From a candidate division TM6 bacterium GW2011_GWF2_38_10 (GTDB lineage: Bacteria > Babelota > Babeliae > Babelales > RVW-14), in NCBI GenBank assembly GCA_000992305.1, contig LBTY01000001.1:848-64847 (forward strand): a stretch of DNA of 64,000 nucleotides, in the 5' to 3' direction. Position 1 is the stretch's first letter; every line of letters starts with the position of its first letter. The notes beneath the pieces were generated by a model that saw only the letters and a list, made by a program, of their open reading frames with translations, made no database searches and had not been told where the DNA came from. Positions 36,687 to 45,671 of this stretch are shown piece after piece. The position numbers were made by a program, and so were the translations under genes.

Positions 36687-36813
36687 AAAAAAGTCCTTAA
36701 TAATCATTTTATATCTTTACATTTTGGTGGGGTCAGGCTTTTTAAAAAAAATATAAATTACGGAAAGAATAATTTAAAAAAAGGTTTTCTTCTTATTTTT
36801 TTTTCATTTAAAC

Positions 36814-36849
36814 TAACCAAACCTTGGTCAAAAAAATAGGTTGGTTTTT
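36814..36849 (+). terminator. Hairpin plus T run between the ABC-F gene and nrdG
   Basis: aaccaaacct, loop, aggttggtt, followed by tttttt. There is one bulge in the stem. Confidence 0.4.
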
Positions 36850-36868
36850 TAAAAAATAAGGGGGGCCT

Positions 36869-37321
36869 ATGCATGGTTATATAGCTCGCATATGCACGTC
36901 ATTCATCGATTATCCAGATCATACAAGTATAGCAATATACCTTTCTGGATGTAGCTTGCGCTGTCCTCACTGCCAGAATAAAGAGTTATGGGAAAAAGAA
37001 AATGGTACCCTGATGTCATTAGACCAGGTGCTGCAAAAAGTTAAAGAACATCCTTTAGCCGATTCTGTTGTGTTTTTAGGTGGCGAACCTACGGATCAGA
37101 TGGATTTTTTGATTGCGCTATGCAAAGAAATTACCGCTAAAACTGATAAAACAATTGTTTTATATACAGGGCGCGAATATGAGGTATTGCCTCATGATCT
37201 ATTGAAATCGTTATCACTTATTGTGTGTGGACCATATCGTCAAGAGTTGCATGTTGATGCGTGGCCAGCGTCAACAAATCAAAGAGTTTTTAAAAAAGAG
37301 GCGGGACAATGGAAGTCTTAA
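36869..37321 (+). CDS. nrdG: Anaerobic ribonucleoside-triphosphate reductase activating protein (radical SAM)
   Basis: CSLRCPHCQN (CxxxCxxC), small size, and a 13-nt overlap with nrdD. Confidence 0.8.
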   Translation: MHGYIARICTSFIDYPDHTSIAIYLSGCSLRCPHCQNKELWEKENGTLMSLDQVLQKVKEHPLADSVVFLGGEPTDQMDFLIALCKEITAKTDKTIVLYTGREYEVLPHDLLKSLSLIVCGPYRQELHVDAWPASTNQRVFKKEAGQWKS

Positions 37322-39249
37322 AAAATTATAGTCAGTTTTCACAGGCGTTCAAAGAAGTATATGCTCAGACCCATCCAAAAATTTTGGCATTAGAGGGTAT
37401 TGCAGAGCATCAGCTTGATATGTCGTTGATGTCAAAGCGTTATTACGGAGAAAATCTTATTGATATTTCGATTGATAATAATGCGAATTTGCATGAAGGG
37501 CGGTCTCATGGAAATTTCCTTTCTGAGGTTGCTAAAAGCAATTTTAAGATTCTTGGGTATCATGATCTTCATGATATTTTAATGCAAGAATATGGTGCTG
37601 GGTATGCAAATGAAATTATGCGCGCAACATGGGAAGGTGATTTATATTTTCACGATAGTACAGCGGTACAAGTACCTTATTGTTGGGCATATTCTTCATA
37701 TTTTATACTTGATCGCGGTAATTTTTGGGGTCAGTTAAAATCATTGCCGCCACATCGTGCTCGTTCATTTATCGATCAAGTAAAAGAAGTAACCATTGAA
37801 TTGGCTCAGCAAATTGCTGGTGCGGTTGCTGTTGGGGATCTTTTTGTTTGTTATTCTTATTTTATTAAAAAAGATGGTTTAGATATTTATGATCCTAAAG
37901 TGCGTAAAGAAATTGAAAATGATTTTCAGTCATTGGTACATACGCTCAATAAAAAATTGAGACCTTCGCATCAATCTCCTTTTTCAAACGTATCTATTTT
38001 TGATCGCCCTAATCTTGAGCAACTTTTTGGTGAACTTGTGTTTCCTGATGGTAGTTCACCAGATTATGATTTAATTCTTGAAATCCAAAAAATATTTTGT
38101 GATTGGTTTCAACAAGGTGATCCATCAAGTGGGTTGCCATATCGTTTTCCTGTGGTAACACTTAATTTACGAATTGATGAAGATCGTAAAATTTTAGATC
38201 AAGAAGCACTTGATTATTATTCAGAAATTAATTTGGAAAAAGGTTGTTTTAATATTTATATTTCTTCCGGCAATAAAATTGCAAGTTGTTGTCGATTAAT
38301 TAATGATCTTGAGCTTGCAGGAACAGATAGTTTTGGTAATGGTGGGGTTTCATTAGGTTCTCATCGCGTTGTAACCTTAAATTTGGCTCGCCTTGGTAAG
38401 GTTGCAACATCGTATGAACATTTATTAGAATTGTTAAAAGTTCGTCTTGATCAGGCTCGCGATGCTTTAAATGCCCATCGTAAATTGATATCCCAGCGAT
38501 CAGCTGAAGGGTTTTTACCATTTTTTAAATATGATATCATGTCAATGGAGCGCTTATTTAGTACATTTGGTGTAAATGGTATTTATGAATGCTTAGAGCA
38601 GCTTGGATATTCTATTTTGTCTGAGCAGGGCAAGCGGTTGGCAATTGATTTGCTTGAAACGATTCGCAATTATGCAACTGAATGTAGCAAAAAATATGGC
38701 GTGCCTTTTAACGTAGAACAAGTTCCGGCTGAAAGTTTAGCAGTTAAGTTTGCAGAAAAAGATCGTATGCTTCATGGAATGAATTACGAAATTTATTCGA
38801 ACCAATTTATTCCACTGTGGGTTGATTGTGATATTGTTGATCGCATACAGTTAGATGGTAATTTTTCTAAAGCTCTCACAGGTGGTGGTATTTCGCACTT
38901 AAATATTGGCGAAAAGTTAACGCACAAGAATCAAATGAAACGATTGATTGATTATGCTATTAGTAGCGGTTGTGATCATTTTGCGGTAAATTATAATTTC
39001 TGTCGATGTCAAAATAATCACGTTTCAGTTGCTGGACCTGTACAAACGTGTCCTATTTGCGCGGCACCTATTACTGAGCATTATACACGTATTATTGGAT
39101 ATTTTACTCCAGTGTCCGCGTGGAATAGAGGTCGACAAGTTGAACATGGTAACCGAATATTCCAATCAGAATCAGCGGTAGTTGACCAGACGCATACGAG
39201 TCATTTGCCAAAGGATACGGTTGTTTGTAAGGGCGATGTTTCTCTTTAA
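37309..39249 (+). CDS. nrdD: Anaerobic (class III) ribonucleoside-triphosphate reductase
   Basis: KIASCCRL, GGVSLGSHRVVTLNLARL, Zn-ribbon CRCQNNH...CPIC, and glycyl-radical motif TRIIGYFTPVSAWNRGR. Confidence 0.85.
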   Translation: MEVLKNYSQFSQAFKEVYAQTHPKILALEGIAEHQLDMSLMSKRYYGENLIDISIDNNANLHEGRSHGNFLSEVAKSNFKILGYHDLHDILMQEYGAGYANEIMRATWEGDLYFHDSTAVQVPYCWAYSSYFILDRGNFWGQLKSLPPHRARSFIDQVKEVTIELAQQIAGAVAVGDLFVCYSYFIKKDGLDIYDPKVRKEIENDFQSLVHTLNKKLRPSHQSPFSNVSIFDRPNLEQLFGELVFPDGSSPDYDLILEIQKIFCDWFQQGDPSSGLPYRFPVVTLNLRIDEDRKILDQEALDYYSEINLEKGCFNIYISSGNKIASCCRLINDLELAGTDSFGNGGVSLGSHRVVTLNLARLGKVATSYEHLLELLKVRLDQARDALNAHRKLISQRSAEGFLPFFKYDIMSMERLFSTFGVNGIYECLEQLGYSILSEQGKRLAIDLLETIRNYATECSKKYGVPFNVEQVPAESLAVKFAEKDRMLHGMNYEIYSNQFIPLWVDCDIVDRIQLDGNFSKALTGGGISHLNIGEKLTHKNQMKRLIDYAISSGCDHFAVNYNFCRCQNNHVSVAGPVQTCPICAAPITEHYTRIIGYFTPVSAWNRGRQVEHGNRIFQSESAVVDQTHTSHLPKDTVVCKGDVSL

Positions 39250-39267
39250 AAATACCTAAGAAATGAA

Positions 39268-39303
39268 TTTTCAGCTGCAGGGCGTTAGTCTTGCAGCTGA
39301 AAA
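39268..39303. terminator. Bidirectional hairpin terminator between the convergent nrdD and GH130 genes
   Basis: ttttcagctgca (39268-39279) pairs with tgcagctgaaaa (39292-39303), a perfect 12-bp stem that includes the flanking T and A runs. Confidence 0.7.
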
Positions 39304-39314
39304 TGACAAATATC

Positions 39315-41252
39315 TTAATTTTTTTTCCAAAAAATTTTGCATGCTTCAACGTATTCCATAGCTTCGTATAAATTCATGGTGGCAACACCTATAACTTGAT
39401 CAGCTCCGCCGTAGTACATGTAGATTGTATTATTAACACGTACGGCTCCACAAGGGAATACGACATTATTTACTTGTCCTTCCAATTCCCATGGCATTAC
39501 TGGTTCAAAAAGCGGTTCATCGGTGCGTGCTATAATGTGTGTTGGATTTTCAAGATCAAGCAGTAGTGCCCCGACTCGGTAAAAGTGATCATCGGAAGAA
39601 ACGCCATGATAGAGTAATACCCATCCCTTTTCAGTTTTGATTGGTGGTGCCGACATTCCTATTTTTAGACTATCCCAATGTCCAGGGCGTGGACAAATCC
39701 AGCGATATTCTTCAAGCCATGTATTCCCATCAAAGTCAAGTGTTTTGCAAAAAGAAGAGTCGATATCATCACCGCTTCGATGAATAATGAAATAATTGCC
39801 ATGAATTTTTTCAGGGAAAATACACGAATTTTTATTGCTAATTCCAGGAGGCGAAATAAGCACAGGCATTGCCCATTTATCCCATGCTTGGTTAAGAAAA
39901 TCATGCGTGCTGATAAAGGTGAGGGCAACGCGGGGGAGGCTTTGTCCATCAACTGCCGTATAGAGCATGTAAACGCGATCATCAATAAGTGTAATGCGTG
40001 GATCTTCGCATCCAGTATTAGCATTCGGAACTTTTTTTTGTTCAAATGACGCTCGAGGAACATATATTGGCTCTTGAGCGCGATAATCTATATGAATACC
40101 ATCTTTTGTGGTTGCATATCCTAAAACAGAGGTGTTATCTTGTGACATTGCTCGATAAATAATATGTGTTGTTCCTCCAAGGTGAATTGCCGCTGGATTG
40201 AATACTGCGCGAGATTCCCATGCATGATTTTGAATAGGACTTAGGATGGGATTGCTTTCGGCTCGGGTAAATGAAAGTTTTTTGTGCCGTTGTAAAAGTT
40301 TTGTGATAAGTGCTTCTTTGTTGATTGTTGCACGACAGCATGTTGTATCAGCAGCTCCGTAGTAAAGGTGAAGGTTATTATCTTCTTCTAAAATACCTGT
40401 TGGGAATACAACGTTTGGTACAATGCCGATCCGTTCATAATATTCATCAGGTGTTAAAAGAGGGGCTTTCGTATGGGCTATTATGTTTTTGGGATTTTCA
40501 AGATCAAGCAGGACTGCTTCAATGCCAAATAGTGGGTTGCCGGTAAAATAATTTTTTATGTATGAGTAAATCATGAGCCAGCCTTCATCTGTTTTAATCG
40601 GTGTTGCACCGCATTCAACATGATCATGTGGCGAGCGCGCAAGTGGCAGTATATTTTGTTCATAATTTTCATACCATGTCTGCCATAGATTTTGATTCCA
40701 GATGTCGCTGATATGATCAAAGCTTACAAGGCATACTGCCGCTGGTGGCATGTCGGTATGAACGGTAAGAGTAGCCCAATATTTACCATTAATTTTTTCA
40801 GGAAAAAGTGCCATGCCTTTTGCATTGAATGGTGTTACTAAATGTTTTTCTTCTATGGTGTATAAATCTTTGGTAAGTGCAACGCCAACTTTAATTCCTT
40901 GTGCATTAAATGGATAGGTTGATAAGGCGGTATAAAAAATATAATAGGTATCATCTATTTTAGTTACGCGTGGATCTTCGCAGCCAAATTGCTCCCAGGG
41001 TTGCTCTGGGGTAATGATGCATTTGCGATCATGAAAATGAATGCCATCGGTACTTGGTGCAAGGCCAATGGTTGAAAGATGAAGTCTGGTTTGGGCTATA
41101 TTGTGATAATGATCTCGAGATAAGGCTCTGTAGATAAGATATATTTTATCATCTTTTTTTACGGGGCATCCATTAAAAACAGCATGGGCTTCCCATGAGT
41201 GAATTCGTTTAGGTTTTAAAATGGGGTTGCTTTCATGTCTTTGTATGAGCAT
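39315..41252 (-). CDS. Tandem double GH130-family (beta-mannoside phosphorylase/glycosidase-like, DUF377) protein
   Basis: Two modules, each with NPIL.P....WE..AVFN, CEDPR and YYG.AD: HESNPILKPKRIHSWEAHAVFN...GCEDPRVT...LYYGAADT, and again ESNPILSPIQNHAWESRAVFN...GCEDPRIT...MYYGGADQ. No signal peptide. Confidence 0.75.
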   Translation of the reverse strand: MLIQRHESNPILKPKRIHSWEAHAVFNGCPVKKDDKIYLIYRALSRDHYHNIAQTRLHLSTIGLAPSTDGIHFHDRKCIITPEQPWEQFGCEDPRVTKIDDTYYIFYTALSTYPFNAQGIKVGVALTKDLYTIEEKHLVTPFNAKGMALFPEKINGKYWATLTVHTDMPPAAVCLVSFDHISDIWNQNLWQTWYENYEQNILPLARSPHDHVECGATPIKTDEGWLMIYSYIKNYFTGNPLFGIEAVLLDLENPKNIIAHTKAPLLTPDEYYERIGIVPNVVFPTGILEEDNNLHLYYGAADTTCCRATINKEALITKLLQRHKKLSFTRAESNPILSPIQNHAWESRAVFNPAAIHLGGTTHIIYRAMSQDNTSVLGYATTKDGIHIDYRAQEPIYVPRASFEQKKVPNANTGCEDPRITLIDDRVYMLYTAVDGQSLPRVALTFISTHDFLNQAWDKWAMPVLISPPGISNKNSCIFPEKIHGNYFIIHRSGDDIDSSFCKTLDFDGNTWLEEYRWICPRPGHWDSLKIGMSAPPIKTEKGWVLLYHGVSSDDHFYRVGALLLDLENPTHIIARTDEPLFEPVMPWELEGQVNNVVFPCGAVRVNNTIYMYYGGADQVIGVATMNLYEAMEYVEACKIFWKKN

Positions 41253-41279
41253 GAGTGATCTCCTTTTTTTGGGGGAATA

Positions 41280-42263
41280 TTATGCGAGCTGTTTGAGGGT
41301 TGCTAAAAATTGTGAATATGGTGCGGTAGCTACACCAATGTAATTATCGCTGCATCCATAATAAACAAATAATGTCTCATCTTTGATTACAGCTCCGGTT
41401 AGGTATACTACTCCAGGTTTAAAACCAGTGTTTTCATAAGGCTGGTCTGGAATAATAAGTGGAGTTTTGGAGCGGTGTAGAACGATTGTTGGATTTTCAA
41501 GATCAAGGAGCATTGCGCCGATTTTGTATTGCCCCCAGTTGTTATCCATGGCATGATAAAATACAAGCCAGCCATCTTGTGTTTTGAGCGGGGGAGCTCC
41601 GGCGCCGCGTATCCATATATCCCAACAATTTTTTCTCGGTGCGCCGTAATAAGCGCTTTGTATTTTGGGAAATGTTTTACCATCAAGTCGATTAAGATAT
41701 GCTATTTGAACGCTTGGTTTAATGCTATGAAGGATAGCATAGGTACCATTTATTTTTTCGGGGAAAAGGAGCCAGTTTTTGTGAATTTGTCCCGCTGGCG
41801 AAATTAATCGTGGTTGTTGCCAGTTCCAATTTTTTTTTACAAAATCTTCTTGATCAATAGCGGTTAAGCCAACACGTAATCCTCCATCGCATGCGGTATA
41901 GGTCATATAGATTTTTTTTTCGTCGATCATGTGCACAAGGCGAGGGTCCTCGCATCCACCAAGACTCCCGCCAGATGCGTAACTATAAAGTGATGTTTGG
42001 TGTGTGACAATGTGGTGTTCAAATGCTGGGAGTTGCGATGTTCGTTGAAAATGAATTCCATCACTTGATTGGGCATAGCCAAGGCGTGATATTCCATCGT
42101 TGCCAATGGCTCGGTAGAGCATGTAAAAAGTATTGTTAAGAAGTATAACTCCGGGGTTAAATACTTGTGCATTTTCCCACACATTATGAGGATTGGGAAT
42201 GAGAATGGGGTTGTCGTGGTGTTTGGTAAGCACTTGATGCAAAGGGGAGGTTGGCTGGTGCAT
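41280..42263 (-). CDS. GH130-family protein (single module)
   Basis: HDNPILIPNPHNVWENAQVFNPG, GGCEDPRLV, VYYGCSDN. No signal peptide. Confidence 0.75.
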   Translation of the reverse strand: MHQPTSPLHQVLTKHHDNPILIPNPHNVWENAQVFNPGVILLNNTFYMLYRAIGNDGISRLGYAQSSDGIHFQRTSQLPAFEHHIVTHQTSLYSYASGGSLGGCEDPRLVHMIDEKKIYMTYTACDGGLRVGLTAIDQEDFVKKNWNWQQPRLISPAGQIHKNWLLFPEKINGTYAILHSIKPSVQIAYLNRLDGKTFPKIQSAYYGAPRKNCWDIWIRGAGAPPLKTQDGWLVFYHAMDNNWGQYKIGAMLLDLENPTIVLHRSKTPLIIPDQPYENTGFKPGVVYLTGAVIKDETLFVYYGCSDNYIGVATAPYSQFLATLKQLA

Positions 42264-42285
42264 GATTATCCTCTCTTATCAAGAA

Positions 42286-43227
42286 TTAATTAAAGTTGAT
42301 CTTTTCATCAACTAAAAAAATTGGTCGTTCTTTTATTTCTTGAAAAATTTTTCCAATATACAGGCCGATAATGCTTAGGGCAAAAAGAATCGTTGCGGAT
42401 AGAAAAAGCATGCACATCATTAAAGAAGTCCAACCACTCATAACTACATAACCGCACAAGCGCATAATAAGCGCTACTACAATACCTCCACCACAAAGTG
42501 TGATGATACCTAATGAGAAAAAAAGTAACCAATAAATAGGCACGGTGGAAAACGAGATTATGTTTTCTAGCGCAAAAATAGTTAATTTACGATAATTATA
42601 TTTTGTTGTTCCTGCGCCGCGTTCTCGTCGTACAAATGGTATTGCACGTTTTGGTAACCCAAGCCAGTAAATAAGCCCTCTTACAAAAAGAGCGCGCTCT
42701 GGAAGTTGTTTGATCATATCGACCGCCTTTCTGCTTAAAAGGCAAAAGTCGCCTACATCGCGCGGCATATCTATGTTTGTTATAAATTTAAAAAGGGGAT
42801 AAAACATTTTTGATGTACATTTTTTTACCCAACTTTCTTGTAGGCGTTTGGTGCGTTGTCCGTATGCAATGTCGATTCCCTCTTGATAAGCTTTTTCAAA
42901 TTCAAAAATAAGTGTTGGGGGATCTTGGCGATCAGCATCCATGAGTACAACGGCATCCCCTGTGGCATTGATAATGCCAGCATAAGTTGCTGATTCATGT
43001 CCAAAGTTTCTTGTAAATGAAAGTACTTTAACGTGGGTATTTTGATGTGCAAGTTTTTTTACAATATCTAAGGAAGTATCTTTGCTGCCGTCATTAACAA
43101 ATACAATTTCATAGGTTGAAAAAACATTGAGTTTGGGAAGTATTTGTAGTAATTCTTCGTAAAGTGGTCCTATGTTTTCTTCCTCATTAAAAAGGGGAAT
43201 TACAATTGAAAGTAAAAGATCCTTCAT
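42286..43227 (-). CDS. GT2 polyprenyl-phosphate glycosyltransferase (DPM1/GtrB/ArnC-like) with C-terminal transmembrane helices
   Basis: SIVIPLFNEEENI, VNDGSKD, TRNFGHE, MDADRQDPP, IGLYIGKIFQEIKERP. I prefer the ATG at 43227 (MKDLLL), after ggag, over the TTG at 43239. Confidence 0.8.
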   Translation of the reverse strand: MKDLLLSIVIPLFNEEENIGPLYEELLQILPKLNVFSTYEIVFVNDGSKDTSLDIVKKLAHQNTHVKVLSFTRNFGHESATYAGIINATGDAVVLMDADRQDPPTLIFEFEKAYQEGIDIAYGQRTKRLQESWVKKCTSKMFYPLFKFITNIDMPRDVGDFCLLSRKAVDMIKQLPERALFVRGLIYWLGLPKRAIPFVRRERGAGTTKYNYRKLTIFALENIISFSTVPIYWLLFFSLGIITLCGGGIVVALIMRLCGYVVMSGWTSLMMCMLFLSATILFALSIIGLYIGKIFQEIKERPIFLVDEKINFN

Positions 43228-43430
43228 TAAAGTCTCCAAAAAAATGAGTATTCATTTATTGATTAGTATTTTAGCTTATATTCTTTTTTTTGTACTGCCA
43301 ATCTAAAAAATATGTAGTTAGATTAAATCACGAAAATTAATACATCTTTTTAAAAATAGTTGTTTTTTTTTTATAAAAAATATTACAGTTAACCAAGTTG
43401 CAATACTCTATTGTGAAAAAAGGAGATGCT

Positions 43431-44975
43431 ATGAATATTATGGGATGCAAAGGGTGGATTAATGTCATAGGGGTCCATTTTTTTTTATGGTTTTTTAGTG
43501 GTATGCTTTTTGGGCAAGTAGAGCATTTTTCAGATTCATTATCGATTACGCAAATGTGTCAATTGGTGTTCAGTCATCTTTATGAATTTAATTATCCTTG
43601 CAGTCCAAAGGATAGTTCATTGTCGTGTAAAAAAGAAGCTTTCGATTTGGATATGCCTTTGTGTGGTGAGGCGATTATGTCGGCAGCTTTTTTTGAAAGT
43701 CTGCTTCAAGCGACAATTGCTGTTGTTGGAAATGAACTTAATGATGGTTCTATGAAGTGGATAAAAAATCAGTCGTTGCAAAAGAGTTATTTAAAGTATA
43801 CAGGCGTGTATCCTTATGGGATTGCAGCGGTGTTTCCTTCTTACACCACGGTTATTGCTATGGGTGATTATCATGGTAATGTTCATTCATTGGCTCGTAA
43901 TATTCGACGACTTCAGTATTTAAAGCTTATGGATGAGGAAGGTGTTTTAAATACAAATATTGTATTAGTCATGTTGGGGGATATTGGCGATCGAGGGCAT
44001 TATAGTATTGAAACATGGGCGTTAGCAATGCTCTTAAAAATAAAAAATCCACGTCAGGTTATTCTTATGCAGGGCAATCATGAAACAGCTTTTTTATTTG
44101 GAGAGTATGGATTTCGGTGTGAGCTTTTATCTAAGTTTGGCGAGGTATATGAAAAACCTATAGAATTATTGCTTGAAAGACTATTTTCTTTATTGCCTCA
44201 AGTATGTTTTTTAGGTGTGCCTGATGATTTTGGTCATATTTTTTTTAATCAGTTTAATCATGGTGGACTTGGCCAGTATGGAGTAATTTCTGATGTTCAT
44301 ACTATGAGAGTTTTACCCCTGTTACGATTGGCTACTCAAAATATTGAGTTTGGTAATTTTTGTGGGATCGTGTATGAAGGTTACCCAACCGATAATGGTT
44401 TTATTTGGAATGATTTTGTTGCTACTCCAGGTGATAAGCCTGAGATGCGCTTGCAAGGTTGGCGGCATGAGGAGCATCTTGTTCACCATGGTAAAGTAGT
44501 TGTAAATTATTTTCGTAAGTTATCAGAAAAGCAAAACTTTTCCGTTGGGGGAATTATTCGTGGACATGCCCATTTGCCTGGTGGAATTAATCAATTACGT
44601 TATTATTCAGAACGAAAAGCACCAGGATCGTGGATGAATAATTGGACACCGCTTTCTAAAAATGCGTGTATGCCCATTGCTTTTGAATCTCCAAATTTTG
44701 GTTTTCCTGTGTTTACAATAACTTCGGTGTGTGACGTTTTTCATGATGAAGCCTTTGCATTACTTTCATTTGATTCAAGGAAAGGGTTATGGTTTTTAGA
44801 AAATTATCGCTTTGATGGACCTAAAGAAAGTTTTTCTGATATGAATTATCGTTGGAAAACAGGGTTAGATGAAATGTTGCATGCGATTTCTGATGATGTT
44901 CTTTTTGTGCCTTGTGGTTTTTCAAGCGATTTGTATTCTTCATCGTATGAAGATTTAACGACATATAACCGATAA
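43431..44975 (+). CDS. Exported PPP-family phosphatase-like protein, divergent subfamily (copy 5)
   Basis: Hydrophobic leader ...WINVIGVHFFLWFFSGMLFG. Motifs GDYHGNVHSLARNI, GDIGDRGHYSIETW, QGNHE, NHGGLG, RGHAH. The ATG at 43431 follows aaggag. Confidence 0.75.
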   Translation: MNIMGCKGWINVIGVHFFLWFFSGMLFGQVEHFSDSLSITQMCQLVFSHLYEFNYPCSPKDSSLSCKKEAFDLDMPLCGEAIMSAAFFESLLQATIAVVGNELNDGSMKWIKNQSLQKSYLKYTGVYPYGIAAVFPSYTTVIAMGDYHGNVHSLARNIRRLQYLKLMDEEGVLNTNIVLVMLGDIGDRGHYSIETWALAMLLKIKNPRQVILMQGNHETAFLFGEYGFRCELLSKFGEVYEKPIELLLERLFSLLPQVCFLGVPDDFGHIFFNQFNHGGLGQYGVISDVHTMRVLPLLRLATQNIEFGNFCGIVYEGYPTDNGFIWNDFVATPGDKPEMRLQGWRHEEHLVHHGKVVVNYFRKLSEKQNFSVGGIIRGHAHLPGGINQLRYYSERKAPGSWMNNWTPLSKNACMPIAFESPNFGFPVFTITSVCDVFHDEAFALLSFDSRKGLWFLENYRFDGPKESFSDMNYRWKTGLDEMLHAISDDVLFVPCGFSSDLYSSSYEDLTTYNR

Positions 44976-45662
44976 TTGGCATAGGCGGGCATGGCCATTT
45001 CGACGATTGGAGTGATATGCAGTATTACATATTGTGCATTCATTGTATTGCATATGAATGTGTGATGGATCAATGCCCAAATCAACAAGGTGAAGTTTAT
45101 TAAAGAGGGGTATGTTAAAAAACAGCTTTTCATTCCGTTGTTCGATAACGCGTTCATGCCATGGATATTCTGCAAGAGCATATAAAAACTCTGGTTGTAC
45201 TTCATAACAGCAACTTTTGGCACATGGCCCAAAGTAAACATGTAGATCTGCTGGAGCAAAAAAATTTTTTTGGAGCATATGTTCAATTACTTTTGTCGTA
45301 ATTCCTGCAAGTGAGCCCTTCCATCCCGCGTGAACAATGCTGCCGATATGATTGCGTGTTTCGATCATGACTATGGGAAGGCAATCTGCAGTAAGTACGC
45401 CCAGCGCAACGCCTTTTTGATTAGTTATAAGATAATCTCCTGTAGTTTCTTTAAGTTGGAGAGGGTTTTGTTGAGACTGATCTTTATCAATATACATTCC
45501 CGTTGTGCCATGTGTTTGTTCTTGGATAATAAGGGTTGAGCATTTTAAGGCATCAATTGTTTTTTTGCATGAGGTATAAAATGTTGGATCTGCATGTTCA
45601 ATAGGAAAATCTTGAGCTTGTCCAAAGAAAAATGAAAAACCATATGCTTTGATAATTTTCAT
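44955..45662 (-). CDS. pgeF: YfiH/PgeF-family (DUF152, laccase-domain) protein
   Basis: LTADCLPIV, HAGWKG, CCYEV. The 3-prime end overlaps the convergent phosphatase gene by 21 nt. Confidence 0.8.
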   Translation of the reverse strand: MKIIKAYGFSFFFGQAQDFPIEHADPTFYTSCKKTIDALKCSTLIIQEQTHGTTGMYIDKDQSQQNPLQLKETTGDYLITNQKGVALGVLTADCLPIVMIETRNHIGSIVHAGWKGSLAGITTKVIEHMLQKNFFAPADLHVYFGPCAKSCCYEVQPEFLYALAEYPWHERVIEQRNEKLFFNIPLFNKLHLVDLGIDPSHIHMQYNECTICNTAYHSNRRNGHARLCQLSVICR

Positions 45663-45671
45663 AAGTTCTCC

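Noticed and set aside
36687-36868. NrdR-box operator upstream of nrdG
   Set aside because: No 16-bp ACAC.ATAT.T.GTGT-type palindrome is visible in the spacer.
44846-45286. 146-aa minus-strand ORF overlapping the pgeF and phosphatase gene ends
   Set aside because: It is an alternative frame of pgeF. pgeF carries the conserved DUF152 motifs in its own frame.
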